Positions 1-9,596 are shown, numbered from the stretch's first letter. The stretch is 46,354 bases of DNA from Candidatus Abawacabacteria bacterium RBG_16_42_10 (GCA_001773455.1 MEWR01000023.1:50485-96838), one strand, 5' to 3'. Numbers and translations: made by a program. Notes: generated by a model from the sequence alone, not told the origin.

Positions 1-957
1 CGCGGGAAATTTATCCCAGCCAATGATATGAGCCATCTTTTTGGGGTCACCATTACAGATGAAATTCTTAGCAGCAAATTTCTTGCCATCTTCGGTCTCC
101 ACACTGACTACTCTGTCATTTTCTACATTGATTTTCGTCACTGGAGTCTCGAAGTATATATGACAGCCATCATGGTCAGTAATGAACTTGGCTAAACGAT
201 CAATATAATATTTGAAATGTTTCGTTGGGTAATAAGCTCCAGTATTGTAACCACCAAATAAAGCCACGTACATGAAGAGGGAAAGTCTATTGGGCGGAGC
301 CATAAAATCTCCAGCATTGGCTGCCAATACCGCTTGAGCTTCCTTGCTTAAATCTACTTCATTATAAAGATCTTGGAGCGTAGCTTTGCGATATTTGATA
401 ATTGTCGGAAATTGATACGCTTGTAGATAATCTTTCCAAGTCAGTTTACGATCAGGAAAATGACGAAATTCTTCGCGGATTTTCCTCAGAACCTTAACAA
501 ATTTTTCCATCGGTTCTTTTTGATCGGGATACGCATCAGTAACACTTTTTACCAAATTGTCCCAGCCATAAGGAATTTTTACTCGCTTACCATCTGGCAT
601 AACCATATGGTCATACCCCTCCTTATCAAAAAGTTCGAAAGTAATGTCTTTTTCTAAACCAATATGTTTCAAGAATTCATAAATTTTCCCTCCCGGTGCA
701 CATCCCCATATATAGTGTACTTGAGCACAAAAATAAAAGTCTCCCGTACGAAATGTCTGACAGTAACCACCTGGGATATCATGGGCTTCTAGCATACACA
801 CCTTGTATCCAGCATGTGCTAGTAGTGCTCCTACGGTCAAAGCTGAACTACCAGTACCAATGATCACATAATCATACTCATGTCCCTCTGCATATCGTTT
901 ATCCTGAGCTGTGTGTTGTTCTTTGGTAAGCGCACTGGTACTGGATTTTTTGGCCAT
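1..957 (-). CDS. FAD/NAD(P)-binding oxidoreductase, phytoene-desaturase (CrtI)-like; C-terminal part lies outside the window
   Basis: Not in the ORF track because it is cut by the window edge. My translation of the minus strand from the ATG (plus 955-957) gives MAKKSSTSALTKEQHTAQDKRYAEGHEYDYVIIGTGSSALTVGALLAHAGYKVCMLEAHDIPGGY. This contains the GxGxxG...E dinucleotide-binding motif, and the frame stays open to nt 1. Confidence 0.7.
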   Translation of the reverse strand, partial: MAKKSSTSALTKEQHTAQDKRYAEGHEYDYVIIGTGSSALTVGALLAHAGYKVCMLEAHDIPGGYCQTFRTGDFYFCAQVHYIWGCAPGGKIYEFLKHIGLEKDITFELFDKEGYDHMVMPDGKRVKIPYGWDNLVKSVTDAYPDQKEPMEKFVKVLRKIREEFRHFPDRKLTWKDYLQAYQFPTIIKYRKATLQDLYNEVDLSKEAQAVLAANAGDFMAPPNRLSLFMYVALFGGYNTGAYYPTKHFKYYIDRLAKFITDHDGCHIYFETPVTKINVENDRVVSVETEDGKKFAAKNFICNGDPKKMAHIIGWDKFPA

Positions 958-1109
958 AGAGAAAATAAATTTGCGCGATAATAGCATCGGAGAGCATGAA
1001 CGTAAACCATAAGAAAGCGTCTGGGCCTTGCTTTGTTGGTATAGAGCCCTTAAACTTATGCTAAACTGTTTCAATTTTACATTTTACACTTTACATTTTT
1101 CATTTCCCT

Positions 1110-2306
1110 ATGAAACGTCTTTGCACCGCTTTTTTGATTGTCATCCAAGTAATTTCTTCGCTTGTATTGATTCCACTTGTGAGCGCATCCAATTATCCTG
1201 ACCTCACCACCTATGTGAGCTTACAAAGTACGTTACCTGGAGTGATGACCGGGGACAAAGTAAATGCTCTTCAAGAAATTGCCAGTGTTTTGACACAAAC
1301 TAATGCAACGAAGGAAGCTTTGGAACTTGCTCGAACTGAAGTAGATAATTTGATTACGTATTTTGATGTCAAAGCCAAGGAATTGTTACCTGAACTTAGT
1401 AATCTAGCCGTAGCTAAAAATGAATTTGATGAAATGGTGTTGGACGCTGATGGCAAGTCAAAAGAGGCATGTGTTGTTGGTATGATCTATCATTTTGAGA
1501 GTTATGTGTATTGTTTTGACAAGGACAGCTATCTGAATTCCTTCCTCAGACATCTTAATGCGTACGGAAACAGAAAACCCACAACTCCAGTCACGAAAGA
1601 TTTTCTATCTATTTTAAATCTACTAACTGACTTGTCGAAGACATGGAGTTTGATCGGAACAGCAATAAAAGAATTTGGGACATCAACAAGTACACCGACT
1701 CCCACTGCAATACCCACGATTTCTCCGGTAAGTGCATCAATTCTTGCTGTAAATGCTTCAGAGACTGAAATGCCGTTTACCGATGTATCGGGAGACTATT
1801 GGGCAAAAACATATATCGAAACATTATGGAAAGGAGATATCGTGAAGGGCAGAACGGCAAGCACATTTGCCCCTGATGCGACGGTGACTCGTGCAGAGCT
1901 TGTGAAAATGGTGGTACTTGCGAATCATATTAATGTTTCTGACTTACAAGACACAGATACAGGTTTTACTGATGTTCCCGCATCTCACGGTTTGGCTGCC
2001 TATATTGCATACGCAGCAGAACATGGATGGGTAAAAGGCAGTAATGGTAATTTCTCACCTGATCGACCAGTGACTCGTTTTGAAGCAGTGAAGATTATTT
2101 TGAATGCCTTTGCCATCCCATTGATAGCGATACAAGATACGACTTTTTCTGATGTCGCTGACGGTGAACAATCTCAATACGTGGAAACAGCACGTGTGAA
2201 AAATATTGTACGTGGCTATAGTGAATCTATTTTTGGTACAAATCGACTGATCACTCGCGCCGAAGTATCCAAAATTATTGCATTGCTTTTGGTACCTGCT
2301 ATTTAG
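1110..2306 (+). CDS. Secreted surface protein with three C-terminal S-layer-homology (SLH) repeats
   Basis: Signal peptide MKRLCTAFLIVIQVISSLVLIPLVSA. Three SLH-type repeats: FTDVSGDYWAKTYIETLWKGDIVKG..TRAELVKMVV, FTDVPASHGLAAYIAYAAEHGWVKG..TRFEAVKIIL and FSDVADGEQSQYVETARVKNIVRG..TRAEVSKII. Confidence 0.8.
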   Translation: MKRLCTAFLIVIQVISSLVLIPLVSASNYPDLTTYVSLQSTLPGVMTGDKVNALQEIASVLTQTNATKEALELARTEVDNLITYFDVKAKELLPELSNLAVAKNEFDEMVLDADGKSKEACVVGMIYHFESYVYCFDKDSYLNSFLRHLNAYGNRKPTTPVTKDFLSILNLLTDLSKTWSLIGTAIKEFGTSTSTPTPTAIPTISPVSASILAVNASETEMPFTDVSGDYWAKTYIETLWKGDIVKGRTASTFAPDATVTRAELVKMVVLANHINVSDLQDTDTGFTDVPASHGLAAYIAYAAEHGWVKGSNGNFSPDRPVTRFEAVKIILNAFAIPLIAIQDTTFSDVADGEQSQYVETARVKNIVRGYSESIFGTNRLITRAEVSKIIALLLVPAI

Positions 2307-2315
2307 ACTGAATAA

Positions 2316-3053
2316 TTACAGTGAAATTATTTTTGCACTTAAATGCTTCATAACTCGTGCAGAAGCCATTACATAGCTAGTTCCCTGGTTGTGGTTTTCG
2401 AGAAAGCGATTCAAATCAACTGATTGGAAACTATAACTTCGTATTTTCAACACCTGTTGTTGATAACCAATATAGGTCCAAGTAGGCCTCTGGAGAACAA
2501 TACAGGCATCAACATGCTTTTGGAGTAATTCAAAAGCCAATAAATCACCTATTTCGTGCACACTTTCAAAAGTAGCAAACATGGTGAGTAAAGAAGTATT
2601 GTTAGGATATTTTGTGTGAATAGTTTTCTTGCTTAAACGAAGTTGTGATTTAATTCGATAATATTCAATGTGTATCTGTCGTGCATAAGATTTTATCTCT
2701 CGTGAATAGGTACTGAGGGGATTTTTGAGTATATGTGAACCGTAATACCATAGCTCCTTTAAAGTGGTAAGAATTGCATGAGGATTTTTCTCTCCTTGGT
2801 ATCGAAAGATAAATTGTAAATCCTCAAGCCAAGTCTGATTGTTCTTGTTCTCAAGCCAATCTCTAGCTCCAAAAGTTTGTTGATAGATCTTAAATAGTGA
2901 CGTAATGTTGTAGACGTCTGCATTGATGTGATCTCCATGAAGATTCATCAAAATACCTCGCTCTTTTTGTATACATTCAGCGTGTGAGCGAAGTGCCTGG
3001 AGTAAGCTCGCTTTAATATAACTTTGCAGTTCGTCTCGGTAGTATATGATCAT
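2316..3053 (-). CDS. Hypothetical protein (245 aa), no recognisable domain
   Basis: Long ORF directly downstream of, and co-oriented with, the Cys-rich gene 3137-4786. No motif I can assign. Confidence 0.5.
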   Translation of the reverse strand: MIIYYRDELQSYIKASLLQALRSHAECIQKERGILMNLHGDHINADVYNITSLFKIYQQTFGARDWLENKNNQTWLEDLQFIFRYQGEKNPHAILTTLKELWYYGSHILKNPLSTYSREIKSYARQIHIEYYRIKSQLRLSKKTIHTKYPNNTSLLTMFATFESVHEIGDLLAFELLQKHVDACIVLQRPTWTYIGYQQQVLKIRSYSFQSVDLNRFLENHNQGTSYVMASARVMKHLSAKIISL

Positions 3054-3136
3054 AAGGTAAGTTTTTACTCACCATCAAGGTATACCTTTACTCAAACTTG
3101 CACAACGGGTGAGTGAGGGGGAGACAACTATGAACT

Positions 3137-4786
3137 TTATGAAACGAGGCGCTGATAGCACTTTTCGCAGAAGATTTTTTCCGAGCGTTCCGGACTATAC
3201 GGAGTTTCAAGGTTACGAATGCATCGTTCGACATGATTATGGCCTTTCTCTTGGCATTCGCATTGTCTCGACCACAGCTTCCTCGGTAAACGTAATTTCA
3301 ATCTTTCCTGATAGCGCACGTCCGGATGAGTACGGGGCAATGGAATTTTGTGTTCCTGATAAAATTGTAATTCCTGTTTGGTAAGTCTAAATAATTTACC
3401 AGAAACAGCACAAGTAATAGCTTCGCTACTGGAACTTGGTTCAGCTTCATATTCATTCCAATAAGCTCCCATTGCTACAGCATCAGTCCTATTTAATGGA
3501 AAGTAATCTGCTGCCAAAGTTTCATTATAACCATGAGGTGAAACTGGCATGGGGAAAAACTCACCCCATTCACTGCGAGCTTTCATATGCTCTATGATCT
3601 TTGGTACCAAACTTTCATATTCTTCTTTGGAATACTTTTTATTGAGTATGCAATATTCTTGATTCTTTAGTCCGGCACAACCAAAACAATTCTTCGCATT
3701 GGCGGTTAAGTATGAATAAAAAATATCTTGACTGTTGATAGAATAAAAAGAGAAGAAGTTTCTGTAAATATTAGTAGCCGCCATTATTTCCAAAGAAAGT
3801 TCGGCATTGTAGGTATGTTGGATATCATATGAATCACGAATTTGTCTCGTGGCAATAGTATATTTACTATCCTCGTTATCATTGGAATCGAAGGATGCGT
3901 GATTATTGTGTGAATGAGCAATGACATTACCTGTGCAATTTTCACAATGCATTAAAAAGGCATACTCTCGAGGAGCAGCTTTGATGAATTCCAAGAATTC
4001 TGTTCTAGTCTTTTGATAAGTATCATAATTACTGAGGTCCAAAGCTGCTTTGCGTTTTTCAAATTCCTCTTTGGTTAATTGTTCATTGTTCCAACAATAT
4101 TGTTTGTGCCTGAGATTATAACAACCGAAACAATCATTACAGGACTTACAAGCGTACAAAAAAGCACTGTCCCGACAGTTCTCACAATCAATTAAGAGAG
4201 TACTGTTATAGCACTTTGTGCTTCCTACCAAATCATAGCTGATTTCACAACCAACGACCGCTGTACAATCGATACAGTTTTTTGAATACCCAATAATGTT
4301 GCTGTAATAACAGTCCTCGGAGTTACCGGCATCAAAAATCATATAACAATCCTTCAAAGAAATGGTGCAATTCACATAATCACTATTTTTATTGCTGGGC
4401 GCATCATTGAGGAGATTTGGATGAGGTATAGCGCGAAGCAAAGAAGCAAATTGTTCAAAGAAACTCTTGGTAAGGTCAAAATCCCGACCATATTCCGTCC
4501 CATCCCAATTCTTATCCCACCATACATCTTGATCATAAATTGTTACTGGTAATGAAGGAGGAAACATTGCTACCACAGCTCTACCAGTTTTGGCACAACG
4601 ATTGTTATAAAGAGAGCGTTCATTACGAAAAGTCCATCTTCTTCTTAATCTTTCATCAGGAGAAAGAGTTGGTGGAGGAATGGAATATTTGGTGCCATTA
4701 AAAACCGGACTGATTTTATCGTAAAAGGCTAAATCTTCCTCAGTTATCTCAAAAGCTTTCTTACTAACTCGACACTCCTGCATCAT
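3137..4786 (-). CDS. Cysteine-rich repeat protein with degenerate zinc-ribbon-like modules at both termini
   Basis: Central run of short Cys-containing repeats (NCIDCTAVVGC, CENCRDSAFLYACKSCNDCFGCYN, CENCTGN, NCFGCAGL). The N- and C-terminal modules resemble each other (KKAFEITEEDLAFYDKISP...RLRRRWTFRNERSLY versus GKLFRLTKQELQFYQEHKIPLP...RYQERLKLRLPRKLW). Confidence 0.7.
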   Translation of the reverse strand: MMQECRVSKKAFEITEEDLAFYDKISPVFNGTKYSIPPPTLSPDERLRRRWTFRNERSLYNNRCAKTGRAVVAMFPPSLPVTIYDQDVWWDKNWDGTEYGRDFDLTKSFFEQFASLLRAIPHPNLLNDAPSNKNSDYVNCTISLKDCYMIFDAGNSEDCYYSNIIGYSKNCIDCTAVVGCEISYDLVGSTKCYNSTLLIDCENCRDSAFLYACKSCNDCFGCYNLRHKQYCWNNEQLTKEEFEKRKAALDLSNYDTYQKTRTEFLEFIKAAPREYAFLMHCENCTGNVIAHSHNNHASFDSNDNEDSKYTIATRQIRDSYDIQHTYNAELSLEIMAATNIYRNFFSFYSINSQDIFYSYLTANAKNCFGCAGLKNQEYCILNKKYSKEEYESLVPKIIEHMKARSEWGEFFPMPVSPHGYNETLAADYFPLNRTDAVAMGAYWNEYEAEPSSSSEAITCAVSGKLFRLTKQELQFYQEHKIPLPRTHPDVRYQERLKLRLPRKLWSRQCECQEKGHNHVERCIRNLETPYSPERSEKIFCEKCYQRLVS

Positions 4787-4864
4787 AAAAAACAGATTTC
4801 ATTTTGCTCAGAGTATAGCAAAATACATCTTTTTATCTAGTGTGCTTTTTAGCATATCTCTTTC

Positions 4865-4893
4865 TTGACAAGAACTAGGAAAGGAGTAAGAAT
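4865..4893 (+). promoter_or_regulatory. Near-consensus sigma70-type promoter (TTGACA-N16-TAAGAAT) for 4911-6440
   Basis: ttTTGACAagaactaggaaaggagTAAGAAtg. The -10 box overlaps an apparent AGGAG+ATG(4892) that opens only a 36-codon out-of-frame ORF. Confidence 0.4.
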
Positions 4894-4910
4894 GCTCTAT
4901 TCTACATTAA

Positions 4911-6440
4911 TTGAATGTCATGACAACTTTACGAGAAAATCCCAGGGAATGGTCACCGGAAGCAAGACGATTCTTTGGTCAAGATTTCATTCGTGCTGTG
5001 GATGAAGGTGCCTCAATATTTGCTCCTTATACTTGCCATCAGATTGAGCGAGACCCTTCTCTAGCTCTTGAACTTAAACGTAGATCACAACCCCTTGAAC
5101 AACGAGCGATCGAAGTTGGAACGCAAGCTTTTTTGAAGTATCTCTTTTTGATCAGCGGTGACAAGATAAGGGCAAAAAAAGATCCAGAAGCTGCAATAAG
5201 AAAACTGGATGCAATGATCGCCTCTGCTTATCCGGAATTTGTTGGGAGTACTTGTGCTGAAAATATTTTTCTTCTTCCTATTATTGCAGCAATACGCTCG
5301 AGTGCCCTTGTTAGACTCGTTAAGTGGCGACACAAGAATAACAAACCGGGGCGGTTTGAATATCATTTGTACCAAGAGCTTGGTGTGAAGTCTGACTTGG
5401 AAAGTTATCAGAAGCTACAGCGCAGAGAACCGATGTTTGTTCGTGCATACAATTCTTACTTCGAATCTCTCCAGATTGAAAAAATTCTCAATGATATTCA
5501 AATCGAGTCTCAAGACGATGAAAAAAATGTTTCAGTACGTGAAAGAAAAGTTATCAATGATACTGTTGCTCGGATTATTGATACACATAGACAATTTGGT
5601 GTTCCACTTGCAATTGGTGAAAAGAGTGACCTTGGGGAAAATAAGGCTCATGTGCAGTTTGATGATATCAATCTTCATTTACCCGAATACCCTCATTTTA
5701 TCGCGCAAACAGTGATCCATAACGATGTAGGGGGACAAAGAATGAGACGGGTTCCCAATCTCTTAGAGATTTCACGTCCACGAATTGTAAGTGATTTGTT
5801 TATTTCGACCTATACTTTTAGTGAAGACTCCGCCGTGTTTTTTATCGGAAGAGATAATGGAGAAGTCAGTGGTATGTCAATAAATCACACAGCGCTAAAA
5901 TACTTCTTGGGAAATGGAACATACGAACTACTCCGGACGCATCTTCTTCTTCGGCTGGCCGAACTAACCTGTTCTGGAGCAAATCTTCGTGAGGCTCTGG
6001 AGGGAATAATAGAACTACCACCATTACCGACTCCTATACATCGTGGACCATCCACAGGTACATCCTTACTTCGTCCTGCGAAATTGCTACCTGTGAGATA
6101 TTTCCCTCGATCAGCACTGCAGCAAGATTCAGATGGACCTGAACAGGATCCTGAAGAACCTAGATTTATAAGACAGCATGGTGTTGATTATCACCCGCGT
6201 CTTTTACCTGCAGGTCATTATCCTTCAAGACGAGCACTGGCATTGGCGGCTGATCACGATTTTACTCTTCGTGTTGTCGATATGGATGGTCAGTTACGTT
6301 ATGAAACTTTTGTGAGTAAACATCGTCGCGGACGTCCTGATCCAATTTTGACACCACAAAATAATACTGAATTAGCTATTCAAGCAGAGACAAGAACAGA
6401 TTTCGTGGCAGCCGTAAATCGTAGTATTGAAGAGGAATAA
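4911..6440 (+). CDS. Hypothetical protein (509 aa), no recognisable domain
   Basis: Long ORF with a TTG start at 4911 (in-frame ATG at 4920). The C-terminal third is Pro/Arg-rich and visibly more GC-rich than the rest. Confidence 0.6.
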   Translation: MNVMTTLRENPREWSPEARRFFGQDFIRAVDEGASIFAPYTCHQIERDPSLALELKRRSQPLEQRAIEVGTQAFLKYLFLISGDKIRAKKDPEAAIRKLDAMIASAYPEFVGSTCAENIFLLPIIAAIRSSALVRLVKWRHKNNKPGRFEYHLYQELGVKSDLESYQKLQRREPMFVRAYNSYFESLQIEKILNDIQIESQDDEKNVSVRERKVINDTVARIIDTHRQFGVPLAIGEKSDLGENKAHVQFDDINLHLPEYPHFIAQTVIHNDVGGQRMRRVPNLLEISRPRIVSDLFISTYTFSEDSAVFFIGRDNGEVSGMSINHTALKYFLGNGTYELLRTHLLLRLAELTCSGANLREALEGIIELPPLPTPIHRGPSTGTSLLRPAKLLPVRYFPRSALQQDSDGPEQDPEEPRFIRQHGVDYHPRLLPAGHYPSRRALALAADHDFTLRVVDMDGQLRYETFVSKHRRGRPDPILTPQNNTELAIQAETRTDFVAAVNRSIEEE

Positions 6441-6441
6441 G

Positions 6442-7395
6442 TTATTTCTGATATTTCTCTGCAATAGTTTTTAAATATCGCAGAGCTGCCAACGGATATT
6501 TCCCTATAGTGGTTTCATCTGAGAGCAGGAGTCCAGTAGCCCCTTGTTTTACAGCTTGAGCGATGTCATTGATCTCGGCTCGAGAAGGCATCGGGTTATT
6601 GATCATAGAATAGAGCAGTTGTGTTGCCACAATAACTGGTTTTCCATATTGCTTGGACACTTGAATAATTTTTTCCTGATTTGCTGGCAATTCAGTTAAT
6701 TCTGCTTCAAGTGCTAGATCACCACGGGCCACCATGACCAAGTCACTTTCTTGAACAATACTATCGAGATTATTCATGGCTGCTTGGGTTTCTATTTTGC
6801 TCATGATTTGCCATTGTTTGTTTTTGCTATTAATAAAATCCCGCACGGCTAGAATGGGCTTTTCATCTTGAATAAATGATAAAGCTAAAATATCTATCGG
6901 TTTGTCCAAAAGATAATGTACATCTTCCCAATCTTTTTCGGTCAGGGCAGGTAATTGCAAATGAACTTTCGTGTGCATATGCATCTTGTCCGTCAATGTG
7001 AAGCTATTATGACTCTTCAATGTCAGCGTTTCTTTGTTATCTACCACCTCCATAGTGCCATTCCCTTCACCAAAGATAATTATTGTGCCTTTAGGCAATT
7101 GTGGTATGGCTTCTGGCAATGTTACTGGAAAATTTACTGTGTCACCTTTTTTTACGACTACATCTTTCTGTTCTGGTGTTTGGATACGAAGCGATGGCCC
7201 AGAAATATCCGCCAGTATTTTTAAGTGAGGATGTAATTTCTTTACTTCTTGTAAATCATCAAACAAATTGTCATACCAGTCATAATTGTTATGAGAGAAG
7301 TTGAGACGAAAAACAGTTGCCCCTTTTTCCGCTAATGCCTGCATCATAGGAAGTCCCTTCGTCGCCGGTCCAATAGTCACAATGAAATCCAACAT
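6442..7395 (-). CDS. pyk: Pyruvate kinase, short form lacking the C-terminal regulatory domain
   Basis: Pyruvate kinase motifs: FRLNFSHN, ISGPSLRI, MVARGDLALEAE, ATQLLYSMINNPMPSRAEINDIAQAV, LLLSDETTIGKYP. The protein ends right after the A-domain at 317 aa. Confidence 0.8.
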   Translation of the reverse strand: MLDFIVTIGPATKGLPMMQALAEKGATVFRLNFSHNNYDWYDNLFDDLQEVKKLHPHLKILADISGPSLRIQTPEQKDVVVKKGDTVNFPVTLPEAIPQLPKGTIIIFGEGNGTMEVVDNKETLTLKSHNSFTLTDKMHMHTKVHLQLPALTEKDWEDVHYLLDKPIDILALSFIQDEKPILAVRDFINSKNKQWQIMSKIETQAAMNNLDSIVQESDLVMVARGDLALEAELTELPANQEKIIQVSKQYGKPVIVATQLLYSMINNPMPSRAEINDIAQAVKQGATGLLLSDETTIGKYPLAALRYLKTIAEKYQK

Positions 7396-7429
7396 GAAAA
7401 ATGCTTATTCATATAATGATAACACAAAT

Positions 7430-7504
7430 GAGTTCAGAGTGCAGAGTTCAGAGTTATGAGTTGACACTCTGCGCTCAGCGCTCAGAACTCAGAACTCAGA
7501 ACTT
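7430..7504. repeat. Long imperfect inverted repeat built from heptamer repeats (GAGTTCA / TGAACTC-like); probable terminator between rlmD and pyk
   Basis: Left arm GAGTTCAGAGTGCAGAGTTCAGAGTTATGAGTT, right arm GCTCAGCGCTCAGAACTCAGAACTCAGAACTT. The arms pair with a mismatch about every 7 nt. The repeat overlaps the rlmD stop codon. Confidence 0.45.
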
Positions 7505-8857
7505 TTCGAATACCACTACATTCTCTATATGGTACGTATGCGGAAACATATCGACCGGTTGCACACTTTTGATGACAAAGCCATATTTCGCTAATTCCTT
7601 GAGGTCACGGGCTTGCGTTGTCGGATTGCAGGAAACATATACCAATCGTTCTAAAGGCAGTTTGCCGATCAATTCCACTGCCTGAGGCATTAATCCCGCG
7701 CGAGGTGGATCTACGAGAGCAATCTCTGCTTGCAGGTTTAATTCTTTCAATTTCTCTGCTGCATCACCGACAAAGAATTCGGCATTAGAAATCTGATTAT
7801 CTATAGCGTTGGCCTCAGCACTTTTGATAGCGTCCGGCACATTATCGATACCGATGACTCTCTTGGCTTTACGGCTAGCAAAAAGCCCCAAAGTCCCTGT
7901 GCCACAATACAGATCGAGCACGGTGTCAGTTGGTTGAATATTGGCTGCCTCCAGTGCTAATTGGTAAAGAATTTTTGCTTGGTCAGGATTCGGTTGAAAA
8001 AATGCGTCAGGGTAGATTTTAAATTGTAATTTTCCCCAAGGTTCCGGGAGATTTAAGGTTTCCTGTAAATGCTCTTCTCCCCATAATTTCCCTGTAATTC
8101 GTGTAGTGGATTTTCCAGTAAGAGCATTCACTTGGGTATGAAAAGCAGCAACGATGTTAAAATCTTTTAATGCTTCTTTTAATTCGTGGGTATTTGGTAA
8201 TGCTCCTTTTCTGGTAATGATGTTAATTAAATGATCGCCAGCTTGGTTGTGACGGATTACCAGGTTGGTTAATAGTCCTTGTTCGGTTTTAGATTCATAG
8301 ACAGGAACTTTATTTTCTCGGGCCCAAGTTCTTACTGTACTAACAATTTGCGCATAAACAGGGGAGGGAAGATGACATTCAGTCAGTTCAAATACATCAT
8401 AATGATAGCCTTTAGGATGCAGTCCCAATGAGACTTCTTTTTGTTCATTATAGGCAAAACTAAACTCCATCTTGTTGCGATAATTCCAAGGATTGGCACA
8501 ACCGATGATTTTGTTGACGCTAACGTCTTTAAATCCTCCGAGATGTTCTAAACTTTCTTTGACGATTTGTTCTTTATAAAACAATTGATCTTCATAGGAG
8601 AGAAATTGCCATGTACAGCCTCCACACACACCAAAATGTTTGCACTTTGCTTGAATGCGTTTTGTTGATGGTTTGAGCAGTTCAACGATTCTACCCTCGG
8701 CATAATTTTTCTTTTTCTTGCTGATTCTAATTTTTGCCTCATCGCCAGGAACAGTTCCCGCGACAAAAATCTTCAGACCTTCATGCGTAGCCACACCCAA
8801 TCCACCGAATGCTAGTTTCTCGGTCTTAATATCTATAATTTGATTTTTTTTAAACAT
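7496..8857 (-). CDS. rlmD: 23S rRNA (uracil-5)-methyltransferase, RumA/RlmD family (TRAM + Fe-S + SAM MTase)
   Basis: N-terminal TRAM-like domain, Cys cluster CKHFGVCGGCTWQ, SAM motif LDLYCGTGTLGL and catalytic VYVSCNPTT. Confidence 0.85.
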   Translation of the reverse strand: MFKKNQIIDIKTEKLAFGGLGVATHEGLKIFVAGTVPGDEAKIRISKKKKNYAEGRIVELLKPSTKRIQAKCKHFGVCGGCTWQFLSYEDQLFYKEQIVKESLEHLGGFKDVSVNKIIGCANPWNYRNKMEFSFAYNEQKEVSLGLHPKGYHYDVFELTECHLPSPVYAQIVSTVRTWARENKVPVYESKTEQGLLTNLVIRHNQAGDHLINIITRKGALPNTHELKEALKDFNIVAAFHTQVNALTGKSTTRITGKLWGEEHLQETLNLPEPWGKLQFKIYPDAFFQPNPDQAKILYQLALEAANIQPTDTVLDLYCGTGTLGLFASRKAKRVIGIDNVPDAIKSAEANAIDNQISNAEFFVGDAAEKLKELNLQAEIALVDPPRAGLMPQAVELIGKLPLERLVYVSCNPTTQARDLKELAKYGFVIKSVQPVDMFPHTYHIENVVVFEKF

Positions 8858-8873
8858 CGATCAGAAATTATAT

Positions 8874-9539
8874 TTATTTTCTTCTCACTTTCAAAATACA
8901 TGCATCATCAATACCTCCTTTAGCACTGATGTAGATTGCATACATTAATATATTTTTATCCAATGAATGTTTTCCACCGAATTCATCACCAAAATCGGGA
9001 TCATTTGTAATAAACTTTGCACCGTGCATTCCAGTTACAACATTGAAGTGAATGCTAAATCGCGGTGGTTCGTTGGTTTTATGCAAAAACCAATGAGAGA
9101 GAGGTACAAGTACAGGTCTATTTTTCTCTAATTCTGCCTCAATATCCTGAATAGTGGGGATTTTAACGCTTATCTTCCCACCTTCTTTAACAAAAGATAT
9201 AAAATGATCCAGAGAAATTGCATCATAACCATCTTTTAAAACGGTTCGCATTTTCTTTAAATAATCAATCAATTCGTCCTGGTCAGAAAAACTGCTATCC
9301 AATTGAAAAAGTGCAGGATGAAGTCCCATAATTTCAACATCAAAACCCTGAGTCAGAAAAAATCTTCCTAATTGAGGTGTAGTCGTCCCCCAAGCATAGA
9401 CTCCAAGTTTCTTTCTTATCTCAGTATAAGCGATATCTAGTTTATAATAATCAGCGATCATAGCAACGCAGGCAACCCCACAATCATTACTCATGTCGTG
9501 TTGTTTTATTGTTGGAATTTTTAAATCAATGCTTTTCAT
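8874..9539 (-). CDS. Papain-like cysteine peptidase, C39-like domain
   Basis: IKQHDMSNDCGVACVAMIADYY (Q...C motif) with a downstream His in HFNVVTG. No attached ABC transporter domain. Confidence 0.6.
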   Translation of the reverse strand: MKSIDLKIPTIKQHDMSNDCGVACVAMIADYYKLDIAYTEIRKKLGVYAWGTTTPQLGRFFLTQGFDVEIMGLHPALFQLDSSFSDQDELIDYLKKMRTVLKDGYDAISLDHFISFVKEGGKISVKIPTIQDIEAELEKNRPVLVPLSHWFLHKTNEPPRFSIHFNVVTGMHGAKFITNDPDFGDEFGGKHSLDKNILMYAIYISAKGGIDDACILKVRRK

Positions 9540-9596
9540 ATTTTCTCATTAAAAACTGAGGAAAAACTACAACTGAATTGGTTGAGTGATTCGACA

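Noticed and set aside
3109-3384. 91-aa plus-strand ORF and similar short ORFs inside larger genes (5085-5375, 6955-7304, 12129-12428, 12836-13132, 13342-13968 and others)
   Set aside because: All are antisense to, or out of frame within, longer ORFs that carry recognisable domains.
4892-5002. Strong AGGAG + ATG (4892) opening a 36-codon ORF as the true start or a leader peptide of the 509-aa gene
   Set aside because: It is out of frame with the long ORF, and the AGGAG/TAAGAAT overlaps a near-consensus -10 box 16 nt after TTGACA. It is more likely promoter sequence than a translated region. A frameshifted start cannot be fully excluded.
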